A DNA stretch of 63,094 nt, counting the filler, from Sluysia triapertura (lineage: Eukaryota): NCBI GenBank assembly GCA_046118255.1. It is 5 parts of 5 records of this genome, joined end to end, with 100 filler letters (N's around TTAATTAATTAA, not from the genome) between each part and the next. Parts side by side here need not be neighbours in the genome. Positions count along the whole stretch, not along the records: positions 21,900 to 34,783 come from JBJNIA010075051.1; positions 34,884 to 46,594 come from JBJNIA010177808.1; 3 more parts are not named here. One strand, written 5' to 3'. Every line of letters begins with the position of its first letter. The first letter of the stretch is position 1. Of the stretch, positions 24,659-39,259 are shown in pieces. Below the pieces are notes generated by a model. The model was not told the origin of the DNA. It did not search any database and was given only the letters and a program-made list of their open reading frames with translations. Both the position numbers and the translations under genes were made by a program.

Positions 24659-25848
24659 ATAAAATTGCAAATGTTAACATAATTCAACTTTTTAATCATA
24701 AAGTTGTATACGGCCATCAAATTTATTATGTCAAACTACAATACAACTCAAATACCTAACTCCCAAAAATGAAAACACTTGTTGCAGAATATGCTGTGTC
24801 ATGTCAACACCGTAGTGTAAAAGGTGTTCAAATGCGCTGTTAGAGTTGAGAAAATATGTATTAGTTTGTATTTGTTTTTTTTTGCTCAAATAAACTAGTG
24901 TTTATAAAATTTTATCGAATGTATAGAAAATGGTCCACAGAAAATATCGACAAGATAGCATATGTTGTTTGAGTCACGGTCCACATGATAATTGTGGTAA
25001 TTGTTACTATTTCGAGTGCATTAAACCGACTCGATTTTATTGGAAATTTAATTGTTTTTCACATGGCTCTGTAAACTCAAAAGAAGATTAACATCATTGT
25101 GAATCATGAAGTGAATTCTAGTACCAAATGTTAGAATGACTTTCTGATATTTGAGGGCTTACATAATCCTTAACCTTTTTATTTCGTGTGTCTTTCGTCT
25201 GGAAAGGTAATTAATCTTAATTTTTATCCGTACTTAAATTCATAATATGATCTGTTTGGGTGTTTGATTTATCCTTAGTTCTTATACTTCTCTGAAATAT
25301 GCGTAAGTATTTTTAGGCTCGATTTAAAGCTGACTTTAACGAAATAATAATAACATAACAATAAATTATTAAACAAGCAATATAAAAAGTAATAAAACAT
25401 ATCGAGTTTATCTTTAAATGTGTAACTTGTGATGTGTACTAGTGGTACTAAATCATAGATATTATTAAAACACAAATTAATGTTAAAAAAATTTAACATT
25501 AATAAAACTAATAATAATTAACATTAAAAAAATCGCAATATCTAACACAACAAAATTTATTTATCGAATTCATTATTATTATTGTAACTAAACATCTTGG
25601 CAATTTTATTGTTCCCATTCTTATACTAATATATGATACATAACTAATACTTGGAACCAGAATGAGATTAGAAATTTATAGATAAATGCATGATAAAGGC
25701 GATTATTAACAACGGAAACAAACTACCTATTTCAAAGATTTATGCTCTAATAGCGACGTTAAAAATCGTATAATAAATAAAAACGATACAATATAACATT
25801 GTAGACTTTTTTATCATGTGTTTCTATGTACTAACATCAACTGACGTC

Positions 25849-26062
25849 CAGACTTCTTCTAAGTCTTTGAAATTTAGCTTTTGCCTCTTTAAATATGTAG
25901 CAAGTTCAAATATTAATTTATACTATAAAAGTCCTTAATCTATACTATCAATTCAAATCTCTTTATAAAATTTTTAACTTTAATTTACAATTTCACTTTA
26001 AACTTAACTGGAGGTATGAGTTAAAATACTCGTCCTTGCTGTTCAGGATAGAAGTGCTTAAT
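25849..26062. repeat. Dispersed repeat with a highly conserved ~60-nt core (second copy 59101-59343)
   Basis: cttaactggaggtatgagttaa(a/t)atactcgtccttg(c/t)tgtt(c/t)aggatagaagtgcttaat is nearly identical on two contigs. Confidence 0.85.
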
Positions 26063-26726
26063 CATTGTTTCGTTACACTCTAATTAACGTTCAAAGGTAG
26101 TATTTTATAAGTTGGATTCAACAGTGGCACCATTCTAAGTAATCTTTAAAACAAAACACTAATACTCAAAATTATTTATTAATTTTTTAATAAAGAGATA
26201 AATTTATATATATTATATATATTTATTATAAAGCAAAATGAAACTTTAAAATTTCCAGAATAAAATAAAACAATAATTACTTACTAAATCAACCAAAATT
26301 AATACACCGATGTTCAATAAGAGTTTTTCTTCAAGATTCGATAATAGAATTTTTTTCTAGGTTCAATAACAGAATTCTTCACGGTTCAATAATGAAGTTT
26401 CTCAGCAATACAATCTATCCTCTCATTTTCAAAATCTCTCTGTTTTTATTTTATCTTGTCCCTCCTTTTATACCTTATTTGCTCAATATAAATCCAATAA
26501 TTCTATAATTTTGCAAAATTAAATCCAATTCTATAATGTTGTAAATTCCAATAATATAATTATATAATCAAATAGTCAATTCTATATTAATTCAGTAAAT
26601 AATTCTATAAAATTAAATCCAATGTTGTAAATTCCAATTCTATAATAGTCGATTCTGTATTAATTCAATAACATACACATAAATTAATTCAGTAATTAGC
26701 ATATACACATAATTCAATGAATGCAA

Positions 26727-26774
<48 letters not shown>
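26727..26774. repeat. (AAT)n microsatellite, preceded by degenerate aatccaattctataat repeats (26490-26660)
   Basis: Directly visible. Confidence 0.9.
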
Positions 26775-26775
<1 letters not shown>

Positions 26776-27408
26776 GCAGTTTAATCACTATTATTTTACT
26801 CTATTCTGAAAAATTGAATTTATTAATTAAAATATTACAAATATTACTTATAATTTGAAATTACAGTTTTACTTATAATTTAATATAGATATTAAAATTT
26901 ACATACATTCATTTTACAATTTAAGATAATTTACATTTTTAATTTGCATTAGTTTACAATTACAATAATAACTACTACTATAATGTCAAAATTATGAAAT
27001 ATTTAAGAAAAAAGCAAAGTTCTTTCTGTTTCAGAAATACTATGGTGAATGATTTACCATAAGCGCTTTTGAGTACTTTCGCGGTAGATATGAGCGCAAT
27101 ATAAATTAATATATTATTATTATTATTATTAGCTACGATAGTTTAATTCAATCATAAAACCTCATTTAAAATCACAATTATTTTAACGAATATTTTAAAT
27201 AATCCGATAAACTACAACTTTATAAAAAATTAAAAGCAATACACTTTTGCAAGAAAATAATATTTCTCCTTTTTCTCTGTAAGTTTTTATTTATCAAGTT
27301 TAGTAAAACAGGAGTAAATGTTACAGACCCGCAATACGTGAAATATAAACCGAATCTGCCTAAATTATTTAACTATTTTGCTGGAAAAAGTATCCCAGCA
27401 ATATGTTA

Positions 27409-27468
27409 ATGAACTGACTGAGACCCGTATTTGAGATCCATCGCAGTGTTTCCACTGAATTATCAGCG
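27409..27468 (-). mobile_element. Highly decayed tRNA-core element, copy 5
   Basis: Reverse complement reads gctgataattcagtgg..ctcagtcagttca, matching both ends of the family core. Confidence 0.55.
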
Positions 27469-30400
27469 ATTTATTTTCATTAGAGTTCATTATACGATTT
27501 TTTAATTCGTCCTTTTTGAGGTTATACAAAAACGAATACTTTTATTATCGTTTATTAAATAATTTAATTACAAAATTATTTTTCTGATAGCCCAAAATTG
27601 TGTCGCGTTATGTAATAAAAATTTAGGATTTCAGATGATATACATCAGACGTTACTTAAAATTGTGATAATAAAAACAATTAATTCACGTGATAATAACT
27701 TAACAAATAGTTTCAATATGTTAATTTTATACATACATTTCAATTCATATTCATTGCGGAAAATGCTTGAGATTGTTTTTAATAAATGCAAAATAATAAA
27801 TATTTCATAACATATTAAAATAAATCAAAATAAAACAGCAATATTTTATTAAAAACTTTTGAATAAAAATAATATATATACATACAAATTTCACAGCCTT
27901 TCGATGCTAGGAATAGATATACTGTTTAGAAATATTTACAAAAAGGCACAATGGAATGTCAGAATACCAAAAAATCAATACTGCTTTACATATTCAAACT
28001 TAATGTATAACATAACATTAATAAAAATAACTTACTTTGTTTTATATAACTCAAATCATTGAATGATTTAATGTCAAAGAGTTCTATATTTATACTCAAT
28101 CAATATTAGTATTTTATAGAAATTAAAATCTATTTGAAATAATATACACGTATGTATACAAACTATTTATTCATTGATTATATTGCAATTCAATCAATAT
28201 AATTTAATAATTTAGTTGTATGAACTATTCAGAAATTGTTAATTTGTGTATGATTTATAGAAACTCATATTTTTGTTTCTGAGTTCAGTCACATTTATTC
28301 ACCACGTATCTAACTGGACGGTTTGGTTTTATCTGTAATTGATAAAGTTGTGCTATCAAGTTTTAGTACATACGCATTTCATTGCTAATTTATAGCAATG
28401 TTTACAATTTGTGTAAAACAAATTTGAATATATACAACTTAATAAATATAAAAACCAAGTATTTTTTATTATTGTAATACATGTAACTACAATTTATGAT
28501 TAAATGCAGTTTTAATTACAATTATAAAAATTCAAATTATAAATTTATTTTAATTAATTTTGATCACAAAATTATTAAATTAAAATAGTAGTTTTTCAGT
28601 TCATTTTATTATGTAAAACTAAAGCTACTATTTGAACTAGAATTTAGACAAATTTTTAAACAATTCAAATTTATTAATTTTAAATAATGCTTCATTTCAG
28701 TTTAAATTGTACTAACTTTCTCAATAAATGTGTGTGGTGTGTGTGATTTATTAATTTTATATCTTACTGGAAAGAAAAGGAAAACAATTTTTGTGGATCG
28801 TGGGTGTTATCAACGTTATAATATTATAATTATGAAAAAAATCGCTTTAAACTAATTATTTGTATCCATTTGTGTCACAACATTTATGTTTTTAGTAATG
28901 TTTTTTAAAATTTTTGGAAGAAAAATTAGGAAATGAAAAGTAAATAAAATGAAAATAATAAGATCATATTAGGTTAAACTAAACAAATTATAAATTATAA
29001 AAGTCGAAAGAATCATCAAAATTTTTAAAAATTAAGTATGATAATAGAAACTCGAGCATTAAAACTAAACTTTTGAATAAATTCTAATTTTGAACTTTAT
29101 ATGATGAAGTGCGTTTTCTTTAATGATAAAACTTTATGGGTTCTCGTTATACCAAAATATGTTACTTTATTCTATGAAAAAGTTATCAATATTCAAATTC
29201 TATATTTTTTGTGTAGTAATTTATACACTTTATCTTAGCGCATAATTTAAATAAATGTATTTGTTATAATCTAGATTAATTTATTTTATTTTCTGTTGAA
29301 TATTAAAATGTATATTTAAAATTACATTTGTTGAGTATTAAAATGAGTATTTATAATTATATCGAAATTTATCAAATAAAATCTTTTTGTAAATAAAATT
29401 AAATATAAAATTTAAAATTAATTTTATAAATAAAATATTAATTAATTTTGATATAAAATATTAATTAATAATTGTAATAAATTAATAAAAATTGTTTAAA
29501 TAAGATAATTTGTAAATAATTTGCTTTATAATAAGAAAAATAATGGCTGCAGCAAAACTTACTATAAATAGTAAATTTTCAATATGGACAAAGTAAAGTT
29601 TTTCTAATTTAACAGTTTAGATTTTCAAAAGTAATTAGATTTCAACAAGATAAGCACAATTATTACAAGGGCATAATATTTGATCGATGAGCATAGCTAT
29701 TCAGTCTACAAATTTAATTCAATGATAAAAGCGTAAGCTTATTTTTATAAGTTTGAACACGCTTTTCTGTTAAGGGGAAGAGTTCAAATCCCACTAAAAA
29801 TATTATTAATTGAACGCTAGATCTTGCAGGCTAGCTTAAAATATTCTAAACTCATTACAACATGAAGAATTCGTACTGCAATGGTTTATATGCTAAAATG
29901 TTAAAACCTACACTTGCAAAATGAATCTGAAGATGAGTTCGCCTAATAGAAAACGACTTAAATCTGGACGAAGTCGGTCTATTAGGATTTTATCTAAAAG
30001 CTTAAGAATGTCTAGTAAGAAGGTATTTCAAAATTGTCCATAATCTCAAGCAAATGCGTGAAAAGTGTTTCGAATTTATTATGACTGAAAATTAAACTAG
30101 CAGAGTTATGGTCTAGTTTTCTAAAATAAATTGAGCCAGCCGTTTATGGTCCAGCGGGTAAATCAAAAGTATATTTTAAAGATTTTAAATGTTAAATTAA
30201 CTTTTTTAAGGTCTAATAAAAATAACTCAATAATTTATTAATAATAGAGAGATAACTAATTATCTTTTATTAATTATACATAGAACTTAAAACGCTTTCT
30301 ACATTTAATGATTGTTCATGCATCTATTTGATAAATTTAATTGAATAGGCGTTTTTTGAGTAAAGAGAATTAAAGAGTTTTGATTTGAGTCATATTACGT

Positions 30401-32170
30401 AAAGAATTTTGTTTTGATTAAGTTTTAATTGTTATTTAACTCATTTTGTAGTGCAAATATTGTAAATGTATGAAAAATTATGAAAAAGCAATTTGTAAAT
30501 ATTATAAATTTTATGAAAAAGCAATTAATTATATTTGAATTTTATGCAAAAATAAATGTAAAAACAATTAGTTTTATTAAGATTTTAGTAAAAACTTAAT
30601 AATTTATCTCATAATTTATTTTTCAAATTATTTAAATCAAATTATTTATATTAGAAACTTTACAATATTCATCTAGCGGAAATATACATTTATAAAATAT
30701 TTATTTTAAATAATCGTCGACTGAAAATCCGAAATTTATTTATTTAATAAAAGGATCCTCGAAAACATAAATAAAATTGAATTCAACGTAAATGTCACTC
30801 AAAAATATGACTTTAAAAAAATTGTAACAGTTCGTAAAAACTCATTTTTTGGAGAAAATTAAGGACTTCGTAATTTCTTAGTTTTGTGGAGAAAATTTTC
30901 GGCATCAATATACCAACAAAAGATATATATAGTCGTCAATTTCTGGAAATATAACGGATGAAACTTTTATCATTACATTTTCGAAACTCATGCATTCGCC
31001 TGAGTCAAAATCTGCTTTAAATTTTACTAATTATTAATTTTATATATTTATTTGATAATATAATTCTTATACATACATATTCACTTTGTATCGAACCATT
31101 TTTTATTCATAATATTTCGTTTTATTATATAATTTTTATCAAAATAATTAATTAGAAGTATTCCCCAAACTTTATAAAACAATAAAAAGATAAGCTTGAG
31201 TAAATTTAAGAGTTGATTAAATAATTTTTAGGATTTCAAGTGATTAATTGTTGATTATTCCAAAGAAAATTAAGTGATCGAAACTCTCATTATTGTAAGG
31301 TATAAGGAATTCTTTCGTAGTTTTTGACATCCTGTGAATACGTAATATATCACAGGCAGACCCAAAACATTTTGTTAATATCATAATTGTTTCAGACTTA
31401 GAAACAATTGTTGAACAGTAGAATATAGATTATAATACTATATAACGTGGTTAATTATTACCGTTAACAGTATATACATTGATTATTAAATGCTTAATCT
31501 TGTATTAGAAAATAAGTGCAACCAGTGAATAATTTTATCTTTAAAAAATTCTAGCAATAGATATAAACCATTCTTGTTGGGTGAACTGATTATTTTGTAA
31601 GTGTAAGATTAAGTTGAAATTAACCTTTCATAAAGAAAACACTTGCATTTCTAAATTAATCTTACTATATTTAATTAATTTGAAATTTTATTTTATTTAT
31701 TAATTTTTAATTTGTAATAATATTAATAATAATGATAGTAATAATAATCTATATAATAAAGTAATTTCGCTTGTTTTAATACACTCGAAAAATTGACCAT
31801 CCACATTGAAGGAAATACAACAGTGTAGAAATAAGTGTTAAATATAGATCTAATTACAAATTATTGTTAAGAAGTTAGTATTAAAATTTTTATTTGATTG
31901 TGAATCTGTTAAATCACTTTAAACATTCTATTTGTTGAATTATCTTGAAAACAATTTGGCTACAGAAATACTTGTTGATACAATTCAACATAATAACATT
32001 TGTCCACTAGAAATGATAAAGTTAACCAGTTAAATAACCATATTATTCAAAACTTTTCTGGAAAATTATCTAAAGCAAAAAATTTTAGTGAGGTCTTTAG
32101 ATTAATTGCAAAATTAACAAAACTAATGTAAACAAATTTTAGAAATAACATTTAAAGCCTTAACTCTTAA

Positions 32171-32387
32171 CACTAGATTTACCAAACCAGTCATTTTGAC
32201 TGGTTTGATTAAAAATTACTTAAATTTCTATATAAATTTGTATATTTATTTTAAAAACCAATATTTGACTTTTACCACACAAACTAGATGCACTAATTTC
32301 GCAAGTGTTTTTATTTTCTTGTTAATTAAATAATATTCAAAAAAATAATATTCAAATAGGTATGGAAAATTCCTGGTAAATCTAGTG
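32171..32387. mobile_element. piggyBac-type MITE (217 bp)
   Basis: TTAA-CACTAGATTTACCA ... TGGTAAATCTAGTG-TTAA, with a subterminal palindrome aaaccagtca-ttt-tgactggttt. Confidence 0.9.
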
Positions 32388-33073
32388 TTAAATTAAATGA
32401 TTTATCAAACAATCTAGGATTACATCTTTTTAAAACGATGAAAAATTTTAATAACAAGTTAGCCAAACACAAAATCAACTTTATTTTATAAAAGATCAAC
32501 AAAATAAAAATAACATTACATTCAAATAGGATAACATTTTCACTTTTTTTTGTTTTTTCTTAAATATAAAACACAGAGTTTTTATGATCTTTTGTTAGGT
32601 TATTTACTATATTAAGATAATGATTAATTATTTCCTGACATAAATCAATTTTTCTAAGAACGCTAAGTTTTAAATATGATATGCAATTCGATAAATTGTT
32701 TTTATGTATTGCATCATCAGTATTAAAATGTACACTACAATTTTCATGTATTTTCATAAATTATTACTGATTTTTTAGTCGCCTTAAATATCATTAATTA
32801 ATTAATAATTTTTATATTTATTTTTATAATTGCAGGTTTTACGGTATTGCTATTATTATTAGTGACTGTGATGGCCGGGTTATGGTTGTGTCGGTAAATG
32901 ATTCGAAATATGAAGTTTTATGATTTGAATTCAAAATGGACTTAAGGTCTTTACAAATAACAAATAATGTAGTTAAGGAATTATTATTAAAAGAAATTAT
33001 ACGATTAATTCTAAAATCAGAACAATAAAAAGTAATTCTTTTATTTGGAGGGTGAACTACACAAGTTGAATTT

Positions 33074-34260
33074 TTAAAAATGATAACTTACAAAATTGTG
33101 AATTCGAAAAGACCACTCCATGTAATGCGCGATATAGCACGATGTGTAGCTAGGGGAACGGTTTAACAAAGCATTTGATTCAGCATGCATATAATTTGTT
33201 GTATAAGTAGCATCTCGTGCGTACGACTCGTAATCTTCGTCGGTATCATCATGATCTCCATGCTCATAACCAAACTCATTCTGAATTCTACAAGTACGCA
33301 TCCTGCATAACCAAGGTTTAGTATTGTTTTCAAATCTAGATTCACATTTTATTGTACCTAACTCATTAGGAGTTTCGCAAGACCTGAATTTAGTGTTTGC
33401 ACACTTTTTACTATATTTACAATTTAGAAACTATATTTTTTGTTTTAGAGTTATAACACGCCCATATAATCTCTTTGCTATTTAATTCATGATCATTAAT
33501 GTCCTTATCTTTTATATCATTATCAAAATTATACTTATATTTATCACATTAACACTAACGCCACCATCACCTTTATCATCTTCATCATTATTGTTAATAT
33601 CATCATCATCATCTCCTCATAATCATTATCATTAATAGACAAAGTAAGGGATCTAAAAGAATTTAAATTCAGTATTATAGAAACAGTGATGAAAGATGAA
33701 AACTCATCAATTGATTTGATTTTGTAACAATCACCATGTTTTCTTTCATTGATCATTTTTTTGAAAATTTTAAATAAAAGTAAATGATGTGTCGTCGTTT
33801 CACATGTATTTTCTTCTTGAACTAGATTCACCGCATTAAAGTCAGAACCAAGTCCAAATCCAGAAGATACACTGTAGTTGTGCCTTCCATTTAGGAATAT
33901 TGCGATCACATTATATTCATCTTCAATTTCCATGGAATGCAATTCAGTATTTAGTTTTGATTTCGACCTGTCATCGATTTCTTTCATCAAACGTTCGTCC
34001 ATATTTTGCAACAAATTCACGAAATTAACTCGAAAATCTTTCCACAAGCTTAGTTGCATTGGATTTTCCTGGTTGAAAATAGCCTTTAAAATATGGTTAC
34101 GTTTTACTTGTTCAATAAAATTATCGTTATCATCATCATCGTTAATCTTCTCATAATCGTTGTTATCGATAGAAGAAGTAATAAATTTAAAAGAATTTCC
34201 ATTCAATTATAAATTCAGCATTGCAGAAATAGTGATAACTTATGAAAACGCACTATATGA
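33074..34260 (-). pseudogene. Orphan acidic protein gene, decayed, with an internal duplication
   Basis: ORFs 33544-34206 (220 aa) and 33074-33301. A repeated segment reads ITISAMLNL*LNGNSFKFITSSIDNNDYE versus ITVSIILNLNSFRSLTLSINDNDYE. Confidence 0.45.
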
Positions 34261-34783
34261 TTTTTACAATAAACTTTAAAATTAACTTTTTAATCGTAAA
34301 ATAATATTTAAACAAAAAATATAATTTTGAAACACCACAAAAAGCACAGTAATAAAATATAAATGAAGAAATATAAAATAAAAACTAGTGTACATTGGTG
34401 CCAATTGGCTAGTAATAGTAAGTCTTCAAAATTAATATTTTCTTTTTTTTTAATTTTCTTTTCTTATCTTTTATTTTATTAGGACAACTTTACTTATGCT
34501 TTCTTTGGATATTTCAAACATTTGAAGACATTTCATGCGATATATTCATTAAATATTGAACTTAGCTTGGAAATAAATATTTCGATAAAAGGAATAAAAA
34601 ATGTTTCGGTGGTTATCCGCGGAGCTAAACATGATAACTTATAATAATAGTTTATTATAATAGTTTATGTGTTGAAGATTTTTTATTTTTGAGTCTTGTA
34701 ATTTATGTGTGTAGGGAACTCGTCATACGGTATCCATCATAACTCATCTCATAAAGTTCAACACAACTCATCATTTAAAAACG

Positions 34784-34883
34784 NNNNNNNNNNNNNNNNN
34801 NNNNNNNNNNNNNNNNNNNNNNNNNNNTTAATTAATTAANNNNNNNNNNNNNNNNNNNNNNNNNNNNNNNNNNNNNNNNNNNN
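34784..34883. other. Artificial contig spacer
   Basis: 44N-TTAATTAATTAA-44N. Confidence 0.99.
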
Positions 34884-37800
34884 TCTCTTTTAATAATTTT
34901 TTAAATATAATAATAATAAAATTTATTTAAATTAATTAATTAACTAATTTTTTACATTTAACTAAATTTTATAATATTTTTATAATTTAAATTATTTTTA
35001 AAAAGTATAAAATTTATGTACACTCTTACAGTATACATACACAACGTATTCACAAGCATACAGAATGTCAGAAATTTAAGTCTTTTATTTGAAAAGTCAT
35101 ATAAATAGTGCTATTGAGAGTTACTACATGTACCTAAATAGAGTTAGTTATTTGCTATAAAAAGTAACTGAGAAAATGATGGTCAGTGGTATCACGGTAA
35201 AAAGAATACACTTGGTTAGTGAAGTTTGATACTGGCTGAATATTTATTACAACCTCTAAAATCATTTAAAATCGTTAATTTCCAAAAAAGAAATCGAAAA
35301 TTCCAGATTTTTCGAGAAATTCTATTGATTGTGATTGATGATTGGGTGATGACTATTACATATACTGGCCAGAACCAGAATTTAGTAACACAAATAAATG
35401 CAGGTATAACCCAATCATAAAAAAATTATGCATTCTCGATACAGTGACGCAATAATTCAGTCTTTGTCCAAACAATCTTTATGGTGACGTTATATTTCAC
35501 AATCGATATTTCGGATAAGCAGATTAATTCCATTCGACTTTAATTTTTATTTTTCATATTACTGGTAAATTGTTTCTTTTAAGGTAATTTTATCTCTAGG
35601 AGTTAAAAGTCATTTTTATTAACTGAATGTTTATCTCCTACTTATTAAGGGTTAATCTTTGTCACAAAAATTAAATCCCTAATAAAGCTTAATTATAAAA
35701 TCCTTAATTTATTATTATTGTTTCTTTTTCGATTTATTCAAGTTTATATCTTGAAATTTTGATAAACTTAGTAATAAATTTTATTGTATTTAGATTAATT
35801 AATTGAGAACAGTTTGGTTTATAATATTAACATTCAATTAGTAATTAATTAAAATAAAAATCTTCAGATTCTGACACTTGAAGTTGAAAATCACTTAATT
35901 TTGAAAGATTAAAGTGATTTTATAGTAATTATTGTCAATTTTTTGTTATAGGAACCCCCAATCTAAGTCATAAGTCTTTTACTGTAATTGGACCATGCTC
36001 ACAAATATTTTTCTGTAGGTTAGGCATTAAGAAAGTCACAGCATTATTATTATTATTATTAGAAAATTGTAAAATTATTATGGTTTATTGATTCCATGGT
36101 CTGATATAGTTCTGTTATCGATGTAGGTACCGATACTGATAATGGTAATTAATGAAATCGTTATTATTGAAAATAACCAACATTTGGAATTATGATATTA
36201 ATGATTCTGTTTATTTGCTACATACTTGTAAATTGGTAAATATAATATATTAAATGATAATAGTTCTATTGTACAGAATTCATAATACAATAACAACTTC
36301 CGTTTTAATATAATTTTTGTGTTTCTTATCTGAAGTTTGCATATAGAAATTTTATCATTTAAAGGTGTATCACAAGATTTAAAAATGATATAAAAACTAA
36401 ATCAATTCAATTTTCATATATTTTATAAAGCATTTATCCAATAAAATTTATCCAATTTTAACTTACATAAAATTGATAAATAGACTTGTACAGATAATTA
36501 GAATCGATTTTTTATCTTAATTAAAATACAAATTACATATAAAATGTTTTTACATTTTTAAAATATAATAAAAATTATTTTATTTATTTAAAATTTAATA
36601 TTTAAATAATAAACCCCCATACAAATAAATAATCTATATATTTATTATTTTATGTAAAAAAATTTATAAATTATAAAATTACAATGCAACGAAAATATAA
36701 TTTTGAATAAATTTAAAATACAATAAGTACTAAAACTAAAAATTTCTTAGAAACAAAAATAAACACTTCAAATGTCCCAACATTAAAATTAATTAGTAAG
36801 TTACAAAGATTACAAATCATGGGGTGGCGTCGAAAGAAAGAAAAAAATAATTTTAGTAAAATAAAAATGAAGAAATGAATTTTAATACGGAAATAAATGC
36901 GTATAGATGAATATTTTAACTATGATTAGTCAATACAAAATCATCAGAAAATTAAATAATATATTGATAAAATTGGTATATACCGTATTATATAGCCTGC
37001 ATTTTAAAAATCAACTTTTTTTAATATAACCCGTACACATATATAAAAAAATCTTTAATATCATCAAATAAATTTAAATTTAATTACAATTTAAAGTTTT
37101 CTCTTTAAATTATATTGTTTTTGGTTGTAGACAGCATTAGATTCATTGGAAAATTAATATTTCTTTAGAATCAATAAAATAAATTTCTAAACTATTGATG
37201 TATAACCCGCACCACAAAAATACACTTTTTTCACTGTGTAAATTTTTGTGAATAACGTTTGAATGTGGAATGCTGTCAAAATTGAAATAGCATATATTTT
37301 TGAATGGAGATATTTATCATACAAAGTAAAACTTATTATTGAGCAAAATCAACTTTTAATTAATTACAGAATATTGAATTGTTTGTGCTTAGAATGATGA
37401 AGATATGATGAATTGAAGATATGATAATTTCTATGAGATAGGAGAATCTAGAGATGAGTTTTTTTGAGAATAAGAACCTTAAACATTGTTTCATTGGAAA
37501 AACTTAAAATCAATTAAATTAAAAATTAAATTCATTATTTGTATGTATGTTAAAAATAATGATGATTGTTACTTTAATGCGATAATTATTTAAGTAAAAA
37601 TAAATCGAGTAGGGTAAAAGAAAATAATAGATGGTCATTAATCAAACTTTGTATTCCGTATCTATTAAAGTTACTTACCAAATGAATGTTAATTTGTGTT
37701 TTAATTTTCAGAGAATGTGTGAGAGAATTTTTGATTGTAAAACTGAGGAATGATTGGATGATGAAAAAGTATAAGTGAATACTTAAACGTTTCATAACAC

Positions 37801-37908
37801 GTAATAATTGTGACATAGAGAATATTATTAAGAATAAAACTTATTGTGATTTACTGTGTTTGAATTTAAAGTTAACAGAGAGTTAAGCTGAAATATTTAA
37901 GACACAAC

Positions 37909-37911
<3 letters not shown>

Positions 37912-37958
<47 letters not shown>
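37912..37958. repeat. (AAT)n microsatellite
   Basis: Directly visible. Confidence 0.95.
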
Positions 37959-37961
<3 letters not shown>

Positions 37962-39259
37962 TTGCAAACTCTTTTATATTTTATAATTTTTACAGTTGAA
38001 AAAATGTAAGGGTGTGAGAATACTTGTAAATTCTTACATGAAATTAAATGTTTAAGTTTATGAAATGTGACCATCTCACAAATGCATTACTACAATAAGT
38101 TATTAATAAGCTATTACTGCGCTAATATGAAATGAAACAGTAAATTCAAAATTTTATCTATATTTATTCAACATGTGGAATTCATTCCAATGAATTGATT
38201 TTAAAATCATTAAAGTACACAACCAAAAAAATTACAAAATCATTAAAAGTACAAAATCATAAAAAGAAATTATTTCATCGTACTAACATCATTGTTTAAT
38301 TAAAGACCAAATGTTATTTGTAAAACATGTCTACAATGTCCAATTTAAACAGCACCATATGTTCTTTATCGATCATTACGTATGGTACCACCTCAGTTTT
38401 CTATAAAAATGCAAACTCAAAATGTACATTATATAATTAATACTTTAAAATGAAATCAACAATTTATGTCTTGCTTGGATGTTTATTAATATTTACATGT
38501 AGGTATATTAATTGATTGTGAATATTATAATTACTTTTGTTTAGTTATTTATGAATTGGAAAGTGCCGAAAATCAACATGATGAAGGTTATATTTAAAAT
38601 TAAAATTAAACATTTTTCCAATATTTTTAAACATTATAAATTTGTACATATAAAGCCATTATTGAATAAAACTGTAATTCATATTAATTTTTAATTTATA
38701 TAATAAATAATTAATTATAATGACCTTTAGTATATATATTTCTAATGTAAACGTTATATTACTCGCTTCAGTATTAAAATTAATTGCTAAATAATTAGCA
38801 AATCTTAAATGATATATTGCATAAAATGATATCATTAAGATGTATAATGACATTAATAAAAAATAGTTTCGAAATGTGTTTAGAAAACAGTAATAATTTT
38901 AAAATATTAGTTTTTTGAAATATGTTTGCATTATAAACCAATCTACAATTCCAGATGATGCAAATAATGAAGGTGTACAAAGAAAGAAAAGATGTATAAG
39001 TATTGGAGGTCATATGTAAGTTTTAGTTTTATATTTTATGATATAATTTTACTATTGAAATTTTTTAAAATATTAAATGTATTCAGAGGTGTTGGATTTA
39101 ATCCATTTGATTACAAACGAAAGAAGTAATGACAAAGGAGATGACAAATTTGATGAATAAATAGACTTAAAATTTTGTTTTGAAATACAATAAATTTACA
39201 GAAATACTGTTGTATTATTTATAATACAAATAAGCAAAATACAATATTTTTATGCAATC

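Noticed and set aside
26003-26062. Spliced-leader RNA gene
   Set aside because: A donor-like site and hairpins are present, but no convincing Sm-binding site is shared by both copies. It is kept only as an unexplained conserved core.
29690-30165. tRNA-like fragments (gagttcaaatccc; gccgtttatggtccagcgg)
   Set aside because: These are isolated box-like words with no cloverleaf.
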